NCBI RefSeq assembly: GCF_000400465.1
Contig: NW_008806277.1
Coordinates: forward strand, 450,001-482,000
Direction of reading: 5' to 3'
DNA: 32,000 nt
DNA from: Wallemia ichthyophaga EXF-994
Lineage: Eukaryota > Fungi > Basidiomycota
Shown here: in pieces, positions 21,913-32,000 of the stretch
How positions within the stretch are numbered: position 1 is the first letter of the stretch
Layout: each line of letters begins with the position of its first letter
Made by a program: the position numbers and the translations under genes
Notes under the pieces: generated by a model
Seen by the model: only the letters and a program-made list of their open reading frames with translations
The model's database searches: none
What the model was told of the DNA's origin: nothing

Positions 21913-22977
21913 ACACTTGAGATTCTCGACAGTGGCACTTTTACTCAACAAGAAGAAGACCACGGCCGGTGTCTCAACAGCCGATTGTGGAGTGCGGCTG
22001 CATTGCTGCACGCTCCTGACAGTGTCGAGGAGGTACACGCGAAATACCTCGTACACGCAGATATTGTTGAAACCTGCACGTACCAGCACAGGGAGAAAGA
22101 ATTCCAGAGCGTGGAATTAGCAGTCGAAGCAGCCAACAAAGCAGTCACGTTGGCAAGATCTGCAATGCATACGCATCCCAACAAATTTCTCGCTTACGCG
22201 CTGGGACCGTATGCGGTAGCTCAAGCAGTTGGATCCGAGTACACGGGCAGGCATAACCAGCAGCATGAACACAATCATGGCAGTAGCTACAATGAGAATG
22301 TTAAGCTATTCCATTTACGTCGGCTGCAAGTGGTGAAAGCAGTTGCAACACTCACAGTGTTGATATACTCCTATTCGAAACCATCCCGCTGCTTTCTGAA
22401 GTACGCGCCATTCGTCACCCTATAGCTGCATACGGGGCACATCTGGCAGCATCGCTCCTCTCCGTATATCCCTCGTCTTCCCCGATGGCACCCTCCCAGG
22501 AGCTAACATCTTCAGCGAAAGTTGCAGCACCATGGAAGACGTTATTGATACGGTATTTGGATATGATATTGCAGGTGTTGCCGCTGTTGGTATCAACTGC
22601 ACCAAGCCACGCTATTTGCAAGGCTTAGTGAGGGCCCTCGATGTCGGTCTGCGAAAATTCAACCTCACGCGCAAACCAAAGCTGGTGTATTTGATATTCG
22701 CCCAATTCTTACAAATCATAGCTAAACAACTAACCAGACTATACAACCTGACGGTGGCCTGTCTTACAATGCTCAGACACGTGGATGGGAACTGCCTAGC
22801 AGTACAGATGATTCTGAGCAGGTGGAAAAATGGGCTAGGCTTGTCGCTGATGCTGCAGCTGTTGTCATAAATGACACTACGTCGCCTTTCTCAGGCATTG
22901 TTGCTGGAGGTTGCTTCAAAATTGTTGTGCATCATATTGAGCGGCTCAGAAATGCTTGCTCAGCTCGCGGTTGGTAG
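21913..22977 (+). pseudogene. Homocysteine S-methyltransferase (Sam4/Mht1/MmuM family), apparently disrupted
   Basis: The motifs ILDSG, LWSA, TCTYQ, LGPYA..GSEYTG, LFETIP, GINCT, PDGG and GGCF occur in order but in three reading frames. No in-frame ATG was found at the 5' end. Confidence 0.8.
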
Positions 22978-23030
22978 TACTGTATTGATCCTCAAAAAGC
23001 ATTTTCATTGTACCTCAAATTGGATCATCG

Positions 23031-23840
23031 ATGACATCACCGATTTCACGGCTTTCATTACTATCGCGGTTTATTTCAACGCAAAGCAGACGAATGAAGT
23101 ACTTAACACAAATCGAAGCACAAAATCTGGACCAAGATCTGATGGGCGAGGGTGGATACACGTTGGAGCAGCTAATGGAACTAGCCGGGCTTGCGTGTGC
23201 TCAGACAGTTCAGAGGCTATATCCCTCCCACACTCACAAACAAGTTCTTGTGGCAGCTGGGCCAGGCAATCAAGGTGGCGATGGGCTGGTGGCAGCACGC
23301 CACCTCTCTCTATTCGGCTACAAAGCGTTGCTATTTTACCCCAAAGTGAGATCATTTGATATCGCATGACGTAGACGTATACTCATCAACGACCAGCCCA
23401 GCAAGAATCAATTTGTCCAGCAGCTCGATAAGCAGCTCGACCACTTCTCCGTACAAAGGATCCAGGCCGAGGACTTTGAAGGTGCGCTTCACCAATCAAC
23501 TGTCGTCCTCGACGCCATTTTCGGTTTCTCTTTCAAGGGCGATCCACGTCCACCATTCGATGGACCAATCGCTGCTCTTAAGGATAGCGACAGGCCCATC
23601 GTATCGGTCGATATACCGTCAGCTTGGGATGTGGAGAAGGGTAATGTTAACGGTAAATCATTTACTCCGGCTGCTCTGTTGTCTCTCACGGCACCAAAAC
23701 TCGGCACGCGGTCTTTTACTGGCACGCACTACCTCGGTGGCCGCTTTGTACCGCAGTATGTCGTCGATAAGTATGACCTGCAGCTACCAGTCTATCCTGG
23801 CGCGGATCAGATTGTGGAGATTCCTCCAACATCCTTCTGA
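23031..23840 (+). CDS. NNR1: NAD(P)H-hydrate epimerase (YjeF_N / NAXE)
   Basis: LEQLMELAGLACA, GPGNQGGDGLVAARHL, DAIFGFSFKG, SVDIPSAWDVE, LSLTAPK, HYLGGRFVP. Intron 23346-23396. Confidence 0.95.
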
Positions 23841-24047
23841 TGTGTTTTATTTGGTGTATGCATGGTATTTCACGTGATGAGTGAGCATGTTTGTCCAACT
23901 TCTACGCGGCAAATACGCGTGAGAAGCCGGAGTGAAGGGCGGGCAATAACGCGTCAATCCGAGTCAGTTGTACGTGCAAACTGAACGGTAAATTTCTAAA
24001 GACACGCGGGGGCACTCCTCTCTCCACAACGACCACCGCACACTGCC

Positions 24048-26729
24048 ATGTCGACGGACGACGCGTTATTCCAGCCGCAGCGAACGCGCGCGCGCTATCA
24101 ACTGGAGGAGCTGCTAGCCAAGGCTGAGCGCAGTGCGACGCATGAAGCCGGCAAGACGACCAACACAAGCACACAGCGACCGCGATACCGTGATTTCTCG
24201 AGTCAGCTCAACGACGCAACCATCTACGATCCAGAGCCGCTGGTGTTTCCGAACAGCACGCTCCACTCGCAGAGCCATCTCGGTGGGCTATCAGTGTCTG
24301 GTTTCGATGTGGATGAGGATGCGGATGCGGGCGACGAAGCTCAAGCTAGAGATGGACAGAGAGCGGAAATCGACGCAGATGGCGAGGGCAGTGAAGCGGG
24401 TACAATTTTCTCAGACTCTGTCGCTACAAATACATCTCCACGTCCCAGTACACCACCACCGCTTACAGCAACAGATAACGAAGAAACTCCGCTCAAAGCC
24501 TCTCTGAGCGCCCTCAGTCGCCCGCCCTCTCAGCGTCCATCGCCTGCGCCATTCGGCAGATCACAGAGCGTGCCTGTTGAGACAGAAGCAGAAGCCGAGG
24601 CAGATGCCGACACACACATGTACCCACAACCACACTCCCACTCACAGCCAGCGTCGACATCTCCACATAGCAACCACAGTAGCCACAAAACATCACCTAT
24701 ACTCGCTAACGTCTCGACACCTTTTAGAAACAGGATGAGATACAACCGCACCCGGCCGAGCTTCGCACCGCAAACCAAACCGCCCTCACCGCCCGAGACG
24801 CAAACGCGGTCCGCTCCCACGCTGCTCTCGTCTACTACGCCCAAAGTATCGCCGCCGCGCAGACGCTCGTACATGCACAACGAGAACTTGAATCACGATC
24901 ACAATCGCCATCAAGATGACAACTATGACTACGCGGATAGTAGCAGTAGCAGTGGTTCTTCCACATCCCTCCCACAGGTAGATACGGGTTCACTGGAGAA
25001 CTCGCCAGCTAAAGCTACACCGCCGCCTCCTGTACGCCCACGCTGGTCGTTTGGCGGTCGCAGGAGCTTAAGGAGTGGTATTCGTGAGCAAAACGGGGCG
25101 AATAAGTGGAGGGATATAGAGGAACCTATCAAAGGGGAGCATGGTGAGCGTGTTGAACATGATGAGCCAGAGAAATCAGAAAAACCAGAGCATTCACATC
25201 AACCATCTCTTATTAAAGACACAGCCAACACCCAGAGTAGTCCCCAAAACCACTCCAAGTCCTTCAAGAGTAGCTTCAAAGCAGGCGCAAACACCGCGTC
25301 TAAATCAGTCAGTTTCGTTAATGGGTTGGGTGTACATGACGATATCCTCGACGACTCGGAGGATTTCATCAACGGTGCTCACGACGCTCTCGTACAGCTG
25401 GAACATAACGCTGAGAATGAGATGAAGCAGAGCCCGCGAAAGAATTCAGAGAGCTTGAGAGAAATTAAGAAGATACCTCGGAAAGTTACAGAAGAGAGCG
25501 ACATTATGGGGGTGAGTGCGCCTCAGAGTGCAACCGATAGTGCAACCGATAAACTACCTGATAATTCACCCGACAAGAGCAATTCATTCGACCGATATTT
25601 GCAAAAGCATTCAAATAATAACCATGGCAACAGCACGCATCTCAGCGCAGGAGACTTGGCGAGAGACATTCCCAACTACAGCATCATGAAAACACCACAA
25701 CCCCCTGGCTTTTATCCGATGACACCAGCTCATATACCCCGTAATCGTCAATCTACGCCTGTAAAAGGCGATAGTGGGGCGGAGGAAGGAGCAGATAACT
25801 CCAGTGCTGAATTCGATGTAACGAAGCTGGAGGACAATCTCGATTTATCTTTAGCCCGCAACAGTATGCTTAAGACGCCGCAGGTGAGTGGAAGTTTTGT
25901 TAAAGTACCTGCACAATTAACATGTGTAGGCACCTGGATTCTATCCCATGACTCCAGCACAAGTCTATAAAACATCACCGATAAGCTCAAACGACAGTTT
26001 CGATGTCGTTGATGAAGATGACCAAGTTGATCAGGGGAGCAGAGGAAAAGAGGAGAGGAAAGCAGCACCAGACGCTTCCCTCTTTGTTGCACTGAGTGAC
26101 ATAGAAGAAGCGCTTAAGTCGACAGCTGCAGATGTCGAGCGGAGGAAGAAGGAGCGGCAACCACAGACGCAGACGCAGAACAAGATTCTCGACGTCTTCC
26201 GCTCGGACAAGAGTGGAGAGGGTATGGCGAAGAAGGCGCATGTGAGTAGCTGTCAGTGGTTCATTTTAAATGTTAATCTAACGAGCCACTCTAGACGCGG
26301 ACGAATGATGCTCTCGCTGCCTATAATCAATATACTCATCGCGATACAAATCCACCTAGCGCAGCAAGCAGGAGGCAGATACGCCGAGCTAACGCGGCCA
26401 ACGTGACAAACCAGAGGTTTAGTCGTGTCAATACTTTCAACCTTATCGTACTTGCTACACAATTAATTGCTGGATACTTAATCTTACAGTAGGTATTATG
26501 GTATAGTTTGGTGGATGTGACACTAACAATACTTACCAGACACGTGTATAATACACTCTTCAATTCTTTCCTCACTAATTACTTCGACCCGCTCAATCCG
26601 GATATATACGTGAGCGAGTACGCAGACAACCGCGCATTCCGATACCGCGGGCTGCTCGATAGATTCCAGGAACTTATCAGCGTGATATCCAATGAGTATA
26701 TCTACGGAAGACCGTGGCCGCCGTCATAA
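24048..26729 (+). CDS. Large disordered protein (843 aa) with one C-terminal hydrophobic segment, function unknown
   Basis: Exons 24048-25883, 25930-26241, 26295-26488 and 26540-26729 join in frame through GT-AG introns of 46, 53 and 51 nt. The product has a duplicated KTPQxPGFYPMTPA motif, a TM-like FNLIVLATQLIAGYLIL and ends GRPWPPS*. Confidence 0.75.
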
Positions 26730-26945
26730 AGCCAGTGCAAGTGCGAATGCAAAATTTTTAGAGGATTTTAATAGAAGATGTTGATAGACATTGTTAATGC
26801 TAATCGAATGTAATAATAAGATTGTACAGATTTATAAAAATGTCGAGATTCTAACAGATTTTCCGTGTCTCTGCCCTTGTGCTTTAGCCTCTCCGGATCA
26901 GACATCAAAAATCCGAAAATCAAAACCAAACCGCCTAAGCGGTAA

Positions 26946-28190
26946 ATGCCCGAATATACATATCTCTGTTGCCAGTGCACACACTGTGGCTTATCGGGTG
27001 AGCTCAAGCGTCCGACGACGTGGAAGAAACATTACAGAGATGATGTCAAGAGGAGCGAAAGATATCCCTCGGATCCAAGATACGTAGAAGCTTGCCACCG
27101 GAATAAGCATCCTGAGAGATATACGCCAGGCGTCAAAGTCACTCAGAAGGAGAATAAACAACCACATGGCGATGTTGGTAATGTAGGCCATATCAATCCA
27201 TTAATTCACCCACAACCCAATACTCTTACTACAGCTCCTTCTTGCAAGATAAGGATCTCTCCGCGACGGCACTGGAATGGTCATAAGCAGATTCCAGGAC
27301 CCTCACAGCTCAGTGAGTATCCCCTGGATAGTACTATTACCGCTGACGCTGAGAATAGACAAGAATCATTCGCGTGAGGATAACCTTGAAGCCCCGTCGC
27401 TATTCCCAAATCCCGTAGACGCAATACACAACCAACCAAACTCATACGCATATCCGCCCAACGTCGCCATTGCTCCACCGCCATTCCACTGCGCCCCAAT
27501 ACCTCCACTTCCACCACTAATACACACCCGCTCAAGCACACCGCCCGAGGAGACTCCACGACGAGCGTCCCTATCGCGCATGTATGAGGTGCTCGGACCA
27601 CTGAAGAGAAACTCAGCACCATTCCTACAAAGCGAGTCTGAAGACGCTCTCGACCCTCTCAATCACGAGAAGGACATAGCGAGGGAGGTGCTAAGGCGGC
27701 ATGGATTAGAGGATTACGATATCCAGCACGACTGGCCCCGTTGGAGCATGCTTAAATTGCATAAGGCTCATCTTACTACAGTCGTTCACTCCCTCTCTTC
27801 CCCAGATACCTCGTCTCGGTTTGTACAGGTGGGTCGGAGTATTTTGTTTCACCATCTCTCAATCTCACGTTGCGACAGTTTGAGAATCTCCGCGAGAACC
27901 GCTCTATTGGGTATGCGGAGGTAGTCTGGTTTTCGGAATTCCGCTACGATGAGGGTAACAACGCCTTCAGTAGCAGTCAAAGTCGCATTCCAGATAGCAG
28001 AGACTTGCTTAATTGTTACTGCAGGGTTTATAGCGCTATAGAGCTCTTCAAAGCGTATGTCAAAGTGTCTCGTACAGACGCTTTCGTATCTTTCCCGGTT
28101 AATTGGATCAGGTGCCTCGTCGATTTTCTACCTGTGCTAGATCCTAGTGCCAACCCAGCGCTCAATCATTTCTGGGTGGAGCGGCACTAA
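26946..28190 (+). CDS. 382-aa spliced gene, possibly transposon-derived (CACTA/EnSpm-like terminal domains, no catalytic core)
   Basis: Exons 26946-27312, 27359-27828 and 27879-28190 join in frame (introns GTGAGT..CTGAC..TAG and GTGGGT..CTCAC..CAG). N-terminal CCQCTHC..TTWKKH; C-terminal YAEVVWF..YCRVY..VNWIRCLVDFLP. Confidence 0.6.
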
Positions 28191-28426
28191 GAGTGTAGGC
28201 TTATAATAGTCTTGGATGCGATGGGAGCTGGTCGCCAGCTGCCAAATGCAGATTTTGAGCAATTATCAACATCCCCTTAGGCCTTTATTCTGTTTTCGTT
28301 GATGTTCTATCTTTTTGTTTGTTGTATATTAGGATCACCTAACCAAAACTCGCTCCTGCTCGATGCTGCTCTCAATAAAAGCCCCTTGAACCCCAATCAC
28401 TCCTCATCCACCACCATTTGCCTCCA

Positions 28427-28756
28427 GTCAAGCACCACCTCTCCCACTCTTCCACGAACTTTAGTTGCACTACATTAGGTTCACCTCTGCCCTAATCTAC
28501 CCGCGCTTCTAATGCTTCCGAGGCTAGACAAGCTGCCCTCGCCAGTTTGCGCGATGACCCTGGTCTTGGCGGTCTCATTATACACCTCGTTACGTTCGCC
28601 GCCGAGAAGGTCTCAACTTGTTTGTCCTACGTCAATAATGACAATGTCTCAAACGCTATAATTGGTTTCGTCCACTCTCTCTTCGAAATTCAAACTCTCT
28701 TCACGGGGCCTTGCCAACGCCAGATCTTGCCACTGCTCCTCACTACCCTTTTGAGC
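28427..28756 (+). pseudogene. TAF6: TAF6 relic (start of the C-terminal HEAT region only)
   Basis: VKHHLSH, then after a frameshift EL*LHYIRFTSALI, then RQAALASLRDDPGLGGLIIHLVTFAAEKV..LFTGPCQRQILPLLLTTLL. This matches the Taf6 pattern VKHVLSxELQLYY..AALxSLRxDxGL..FxAEKV..PYxHQxxPxxLT. Confidence 0.75.
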
Positions 28757-28899
28757 TATATTATCGATGTGTCAAGTTTGTCTCGAGTGAAATTCAGGTT
28801 TTAATCTATCTTTAAGTTGATGTCGGTTTCACTCGAGATGCGTTCCAAATCGGGGTTGATTTGCCTTGTTTGATTATTTCCTCTTCGCTCCTCTATCCG

Positions 28900-30121
28900 T
28901 CACCATCTCTGCCACAAACGCGATAGTCTCGTTAGTCTTACTAAATTTTTACATGCATTTCTTTTGATTCGTTTCCGATTCGTTGAAAATGCCTCCATCG
29001 GTAGATCCTGATAATGAATCAAAGCGGTATGAAAAAGACATTGAGTAGATTTTACAATTTGTTTGAATCTCTTACATGCCTTCTTCAAAAAAGCCAAATG
29101 GTTTTTAAATGAACGAAGGTTTTGTCCAAAGGAGAGAGAGACTACACATATCTGGAAAGTTATTGATGCTTCTTCTTCCGTTTGCGAATGTGATTGATGA
29201 ACCGAATATCTGGGGTTACCATCCGTATCTGTTGAAAGCGACATCGAACGGTTTCAGTTTCGCTTATTGAGGGCTTGGCAAGACTAACTATCCCTCGTCT
29301 TGCTCCCTCATGGGGATGGAGAGTAAGCCAGGTGCGAGCTTAGCAGGGACTGGGCTAGCAAGACTACGGTCGATAGGTCTCTCAACATTGGCGAAGGAGA
29401 CACGTGGAAGATCGGTTTGCTGAATCAAATGAGAGATGACCATTGCGTTAAATCTACGCAAATTGTTCGGTCCTATCTAGCCAAAACCAGGCATTTTTGC
29501 TGGGTGGGCTGTTGGATGTTGAGTGCATCAGGACGTCATCCTCTGGCATTGCTAAGGACGCTTTCTTCGCTGACTGCTTCAACATCAGGCTGACGACGCT
29601 CATCGCTATAGACATTCGCCAGGATGACTAAGATTTTATGTTGATGATCGTGGTTTTTCTTGCTAGCGCTTCTCTTCTTTATCGTGTTAGAGCCTGCGAA
29701 AATTCACTGCCAGATGAAGCACGCAGATCGGTTTCGGAATCTTCAGAGCTCGTGAAGACTTGCCGACTAATCCTCTGTTGAATTTTTTGATATATTCAAC
29801 AAAGGTTCTTCATGCGGCCACGTTAACAGATGCTGGGTTGGTGAGACAACTACGCACGTTGGACGAGTCTTATGGTTCATTGAACTTACAATAATTCTCA
29901 GTGGTCTTTTCCCTGTTGAAGCAAAAATATTCTTTTTCACAGTCAGACTTTTGCAGTGTCACGTTAAAGTAGAGTTTAAGTTTTGTTGGAAAGCAATGAG
30001 GGTGTAATACCTCTTTGATGCTAGAATTTTTGTCAGCTGGACAAGGGAATGAGCGAGAATTTTTGGAAGACAATGACACTGACCAGCGTTTTGTCCACAT
30101 CAAATCCATGAAGATGGCCAT
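28900..30121 (-). pseudogene. Decayed unidentified gene or element
   Basis: ORF 29870-30121 has a GTAAGT donor at 29889 and a CTCAC..CAG acceptor at 29833. The joined frame continues SSVNVAA*RTFVEYIKKFNRGLVGK; further pieces need a frameshift and several stop read-throughs. No family recognised. Confidence 0.3.
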
Positions 30122-30339
30122 TGGATTTACAGCTTGAGTTTGTTAAATTCATTAAAATTAATATTCTCCAACCAGAGCAAACTCTAGGACTGCGTGTTAC
30201 GAGTTTTGCGCATAGTAACAGCTGATGATCTAAGCCTTATAAGAAATCATAGTGGGCATGTTCTTGACGGTTTGAACACACTACATCTGACGTCTCCATA
30301 ACAAACATTGTATCGGAATGGGCATTAAATAAGAATGAT

Positions 30340-30344
30340 AAAAA
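30340..30344 (-). terminator. Pol III T5 terminator of the tRNA-Gln gene
   Basis: AAAAA on the plus strand (TTTTT on minus), 4 nt downstream of the tRNA discriminator base. Confidence 0.75.
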
Positions 30345-30348
30345 GTCA

Positions 30349-30427
30349 AGGTCCTAGCCGGATTCGAACCGGCGACTCCGGATGTCTACTTCAGAGACCG
30401 ATGTGATGACCACTACACTATAGGACC
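30349..30427 (-). tRNA. tRNA-Gln(CTG) with a 7-nt intron
   Basis: GGTCCTA/TAGGACC acceptor stem, D arm GTGTAGTGGTCATCAC, anticodon CTG at 30392-30394, intron AGTAGAC (30384-30390) after position 37, T arm GCCGG-TTCGAAT-CCGGC. Confidence 0.95.
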
Positions 30428-32000
30428 GGCTGAAGCTCCATTTTTTAAAGTGAACTATATTATTCACAAACAAATTAGAAATAAGGTTCAAATCGTGGAA
30501 CTATAGCTCGTTTTCTCGGCTTAACTTAAAAAAAACCAACCATTTCTGCTTACCAAGCTAGTCAAGAAATGCTTACAGTAGATTCAGCACTTCCCTCAAC
30601 TTCTCCTGCTTTAAGAAGTATTGATGAATATCTCTATGAAAATCATTCTCAGGCCGGCTCTCTCTGATTTCTTTAGACGTCTGCGTGAGCAACACACTGC
30701 TCTCTTGAGAGTAAATGCACGTAGACTGCCAGGACCAACGTCGAAAGACGCAGAGAGAGAAGTGAGTAGGATGACTTTTACTCAGGGGGCTAATATGCTC
30801 AACAAGTTTCCTCGTGGTATGTGAATTGTGGCCACCCAGATCCGCTCAGGCCACTTCCCTATTGCCAAGTCTTACCGATTCACTGTCCAAATCAACACTT
30901 TGCAGCAAGCTCAGTGAAGTAGACAGTATCACACATAGGCTTTCTAGATGTAGGAAGTTCGATCAAACAAGGTTATCGTTGAGGAGGAAGATCTATGGAC
31001 TAGGGTTAAGGTTCGAGATAAAACATGCTTTCAAATGAGGAAGCTCTCAAAGCTTTCTATGAGCTCTTTAAAAAGTAGCTCATCACCCACCCGCGCGCCT
31101 CCGTTAGCTCCACGTAGTCACCTCCTCTTTTACGGCGCACGTGCCAAGAACCGCATTCATTTGAGTCCTTAAAATTGTCAGCTGCTAATGCACAAGAAAC
31201 CAAATAGGCGAAAATTATTATTCATTGTAACGCTTTTGACTATATACTATGATTTTTATCTATCTGTCTATCTCGAAGTATTGATGGACGCAGTTTTAAA
31301 CATGTATCGGCTTAACGATATATTTAGATTTCATCATCATCATCACGGAACGATATGAAGACCCAGATTAGTATGCGTCTGCCGAACTTCTACCTGCCGC
31401 TCCCCTCCCACCAACAAGCTTCTGTAGTCTTAGAAGACATATCAAATAAAGTAAAGAACTTTTCCATCACTGAAAGCGGGATGGACTGGCTTTTTCCAAT
31501 TCTTCGCATGGGTCTATTATGATAAGGCCAGAGCGGACAAACCCAACCTCACCGAGTGGACAGTCAGCGGCAATGTAGACGAAAGCAGGAAGTCATGGCA
31601 CCTTTTCGACTCAAGTTAACCTATCAAGGCAACACGCGCGCTTTCAAGCACTTGGTAGCCGCCGGCTAACACCTCAAACAGCCCGATTCAATCAAATGCT
31701 TTAACCAAAAAAACTTTCCGCCCCTTCATATTACTCTTCAATCTTAGATTTGAGTCAGGCTAAGCCGATCATTACAATGCGTTGAATCCTTCACTTTTCA
31801 TAATTTGATTTTTAGCACATTTGCGACGAGTCAAAGCTTAGTAATTATACAATTTGTAAACATTAAGTATCCAGGAGTCTACTGATAACCAATGCGTCCT
31901 CATTCTTGATCCCTTGAAATCCTCCATCACATACTAGTGGACTAACACACAACTCGTCCCATTCCAGTCACTTACTTTTTTTTATTTCCTGTTTGTGTTG

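Noticed and set aside
21698-22120. 140-aa plus-strand ORF between RAD4 and HMT
   Set aside because: It overlaps the HMT motifs in a different frame and has no motifs of its own; no convincing intron links it to HMT.
23356-23877. 173-aa plus-strand ORF
   Set aside because: Alternative frame over exon 2 of the NAD(P)HX epimerase.
28183-28190. CACTA pentamer at the end of the transposon-like gene
   Set aside because: It is made of the last codon and stop; there is no matching TAGTG end or subterminal repeats.
31001-31012. tagggttaaggtt telomere-like bases
   Set aside because: Fewer than two clean TTAGGG units; not an array.
30621-31038. Two short plus-strand ORFs with a GTATGT donor at 30817
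   Set aside because: No normal-sized intron joins them in frame and there is no recognisable motif; they may be further decayed sequence.

Overview
Compact, intron-rich eukaryotic DNA. The introns are mostly 43-58 nt with GT..CTRAY..YAG signals and the intergenic gaps are very short, which points to a basidiomycete fungus; a Wallemia-like genome is an inference from gene density and intron size, not a database match. I reconstructed spliced models by hand. The core (1.65-26.7 kb) carries an SDR oxidoreductase, a repeat-containing disordered protein, a 10-intron acyl-CoA dehydrogenase, TOM22, a LYR-like protein, RPN10, mitoribosomal MRPL1 and IMG2, an Mtr-type amino acid permease, a BOR1-like anion transporter, KGD4/YMR31, U6 snRNA, a Gfo/Idh/MocA dehydrogenase, an F-box-like gene, RAD4/XPC, a disrupted homocysteine S-methyltransferase, NAD(P)HX epimerase and a large disordered protein with one predicted TM helix ending in WPPS. 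IMG2 and KGD4 are absent from the supplied ORF track. The ends (<1.65 kb and >26.9 kb) hold decayed or accessory sequence: a possible F-box/LRR relic, a gene resembling a CACTA transposase without its core, a TAF6 relic, another decayed gene and an intron-containing tRNA-Gln(CTG). No CRISPR array, rRNA or intact transposase was seen. Family assignments rest on recalled motifs and need HMM confirmation.
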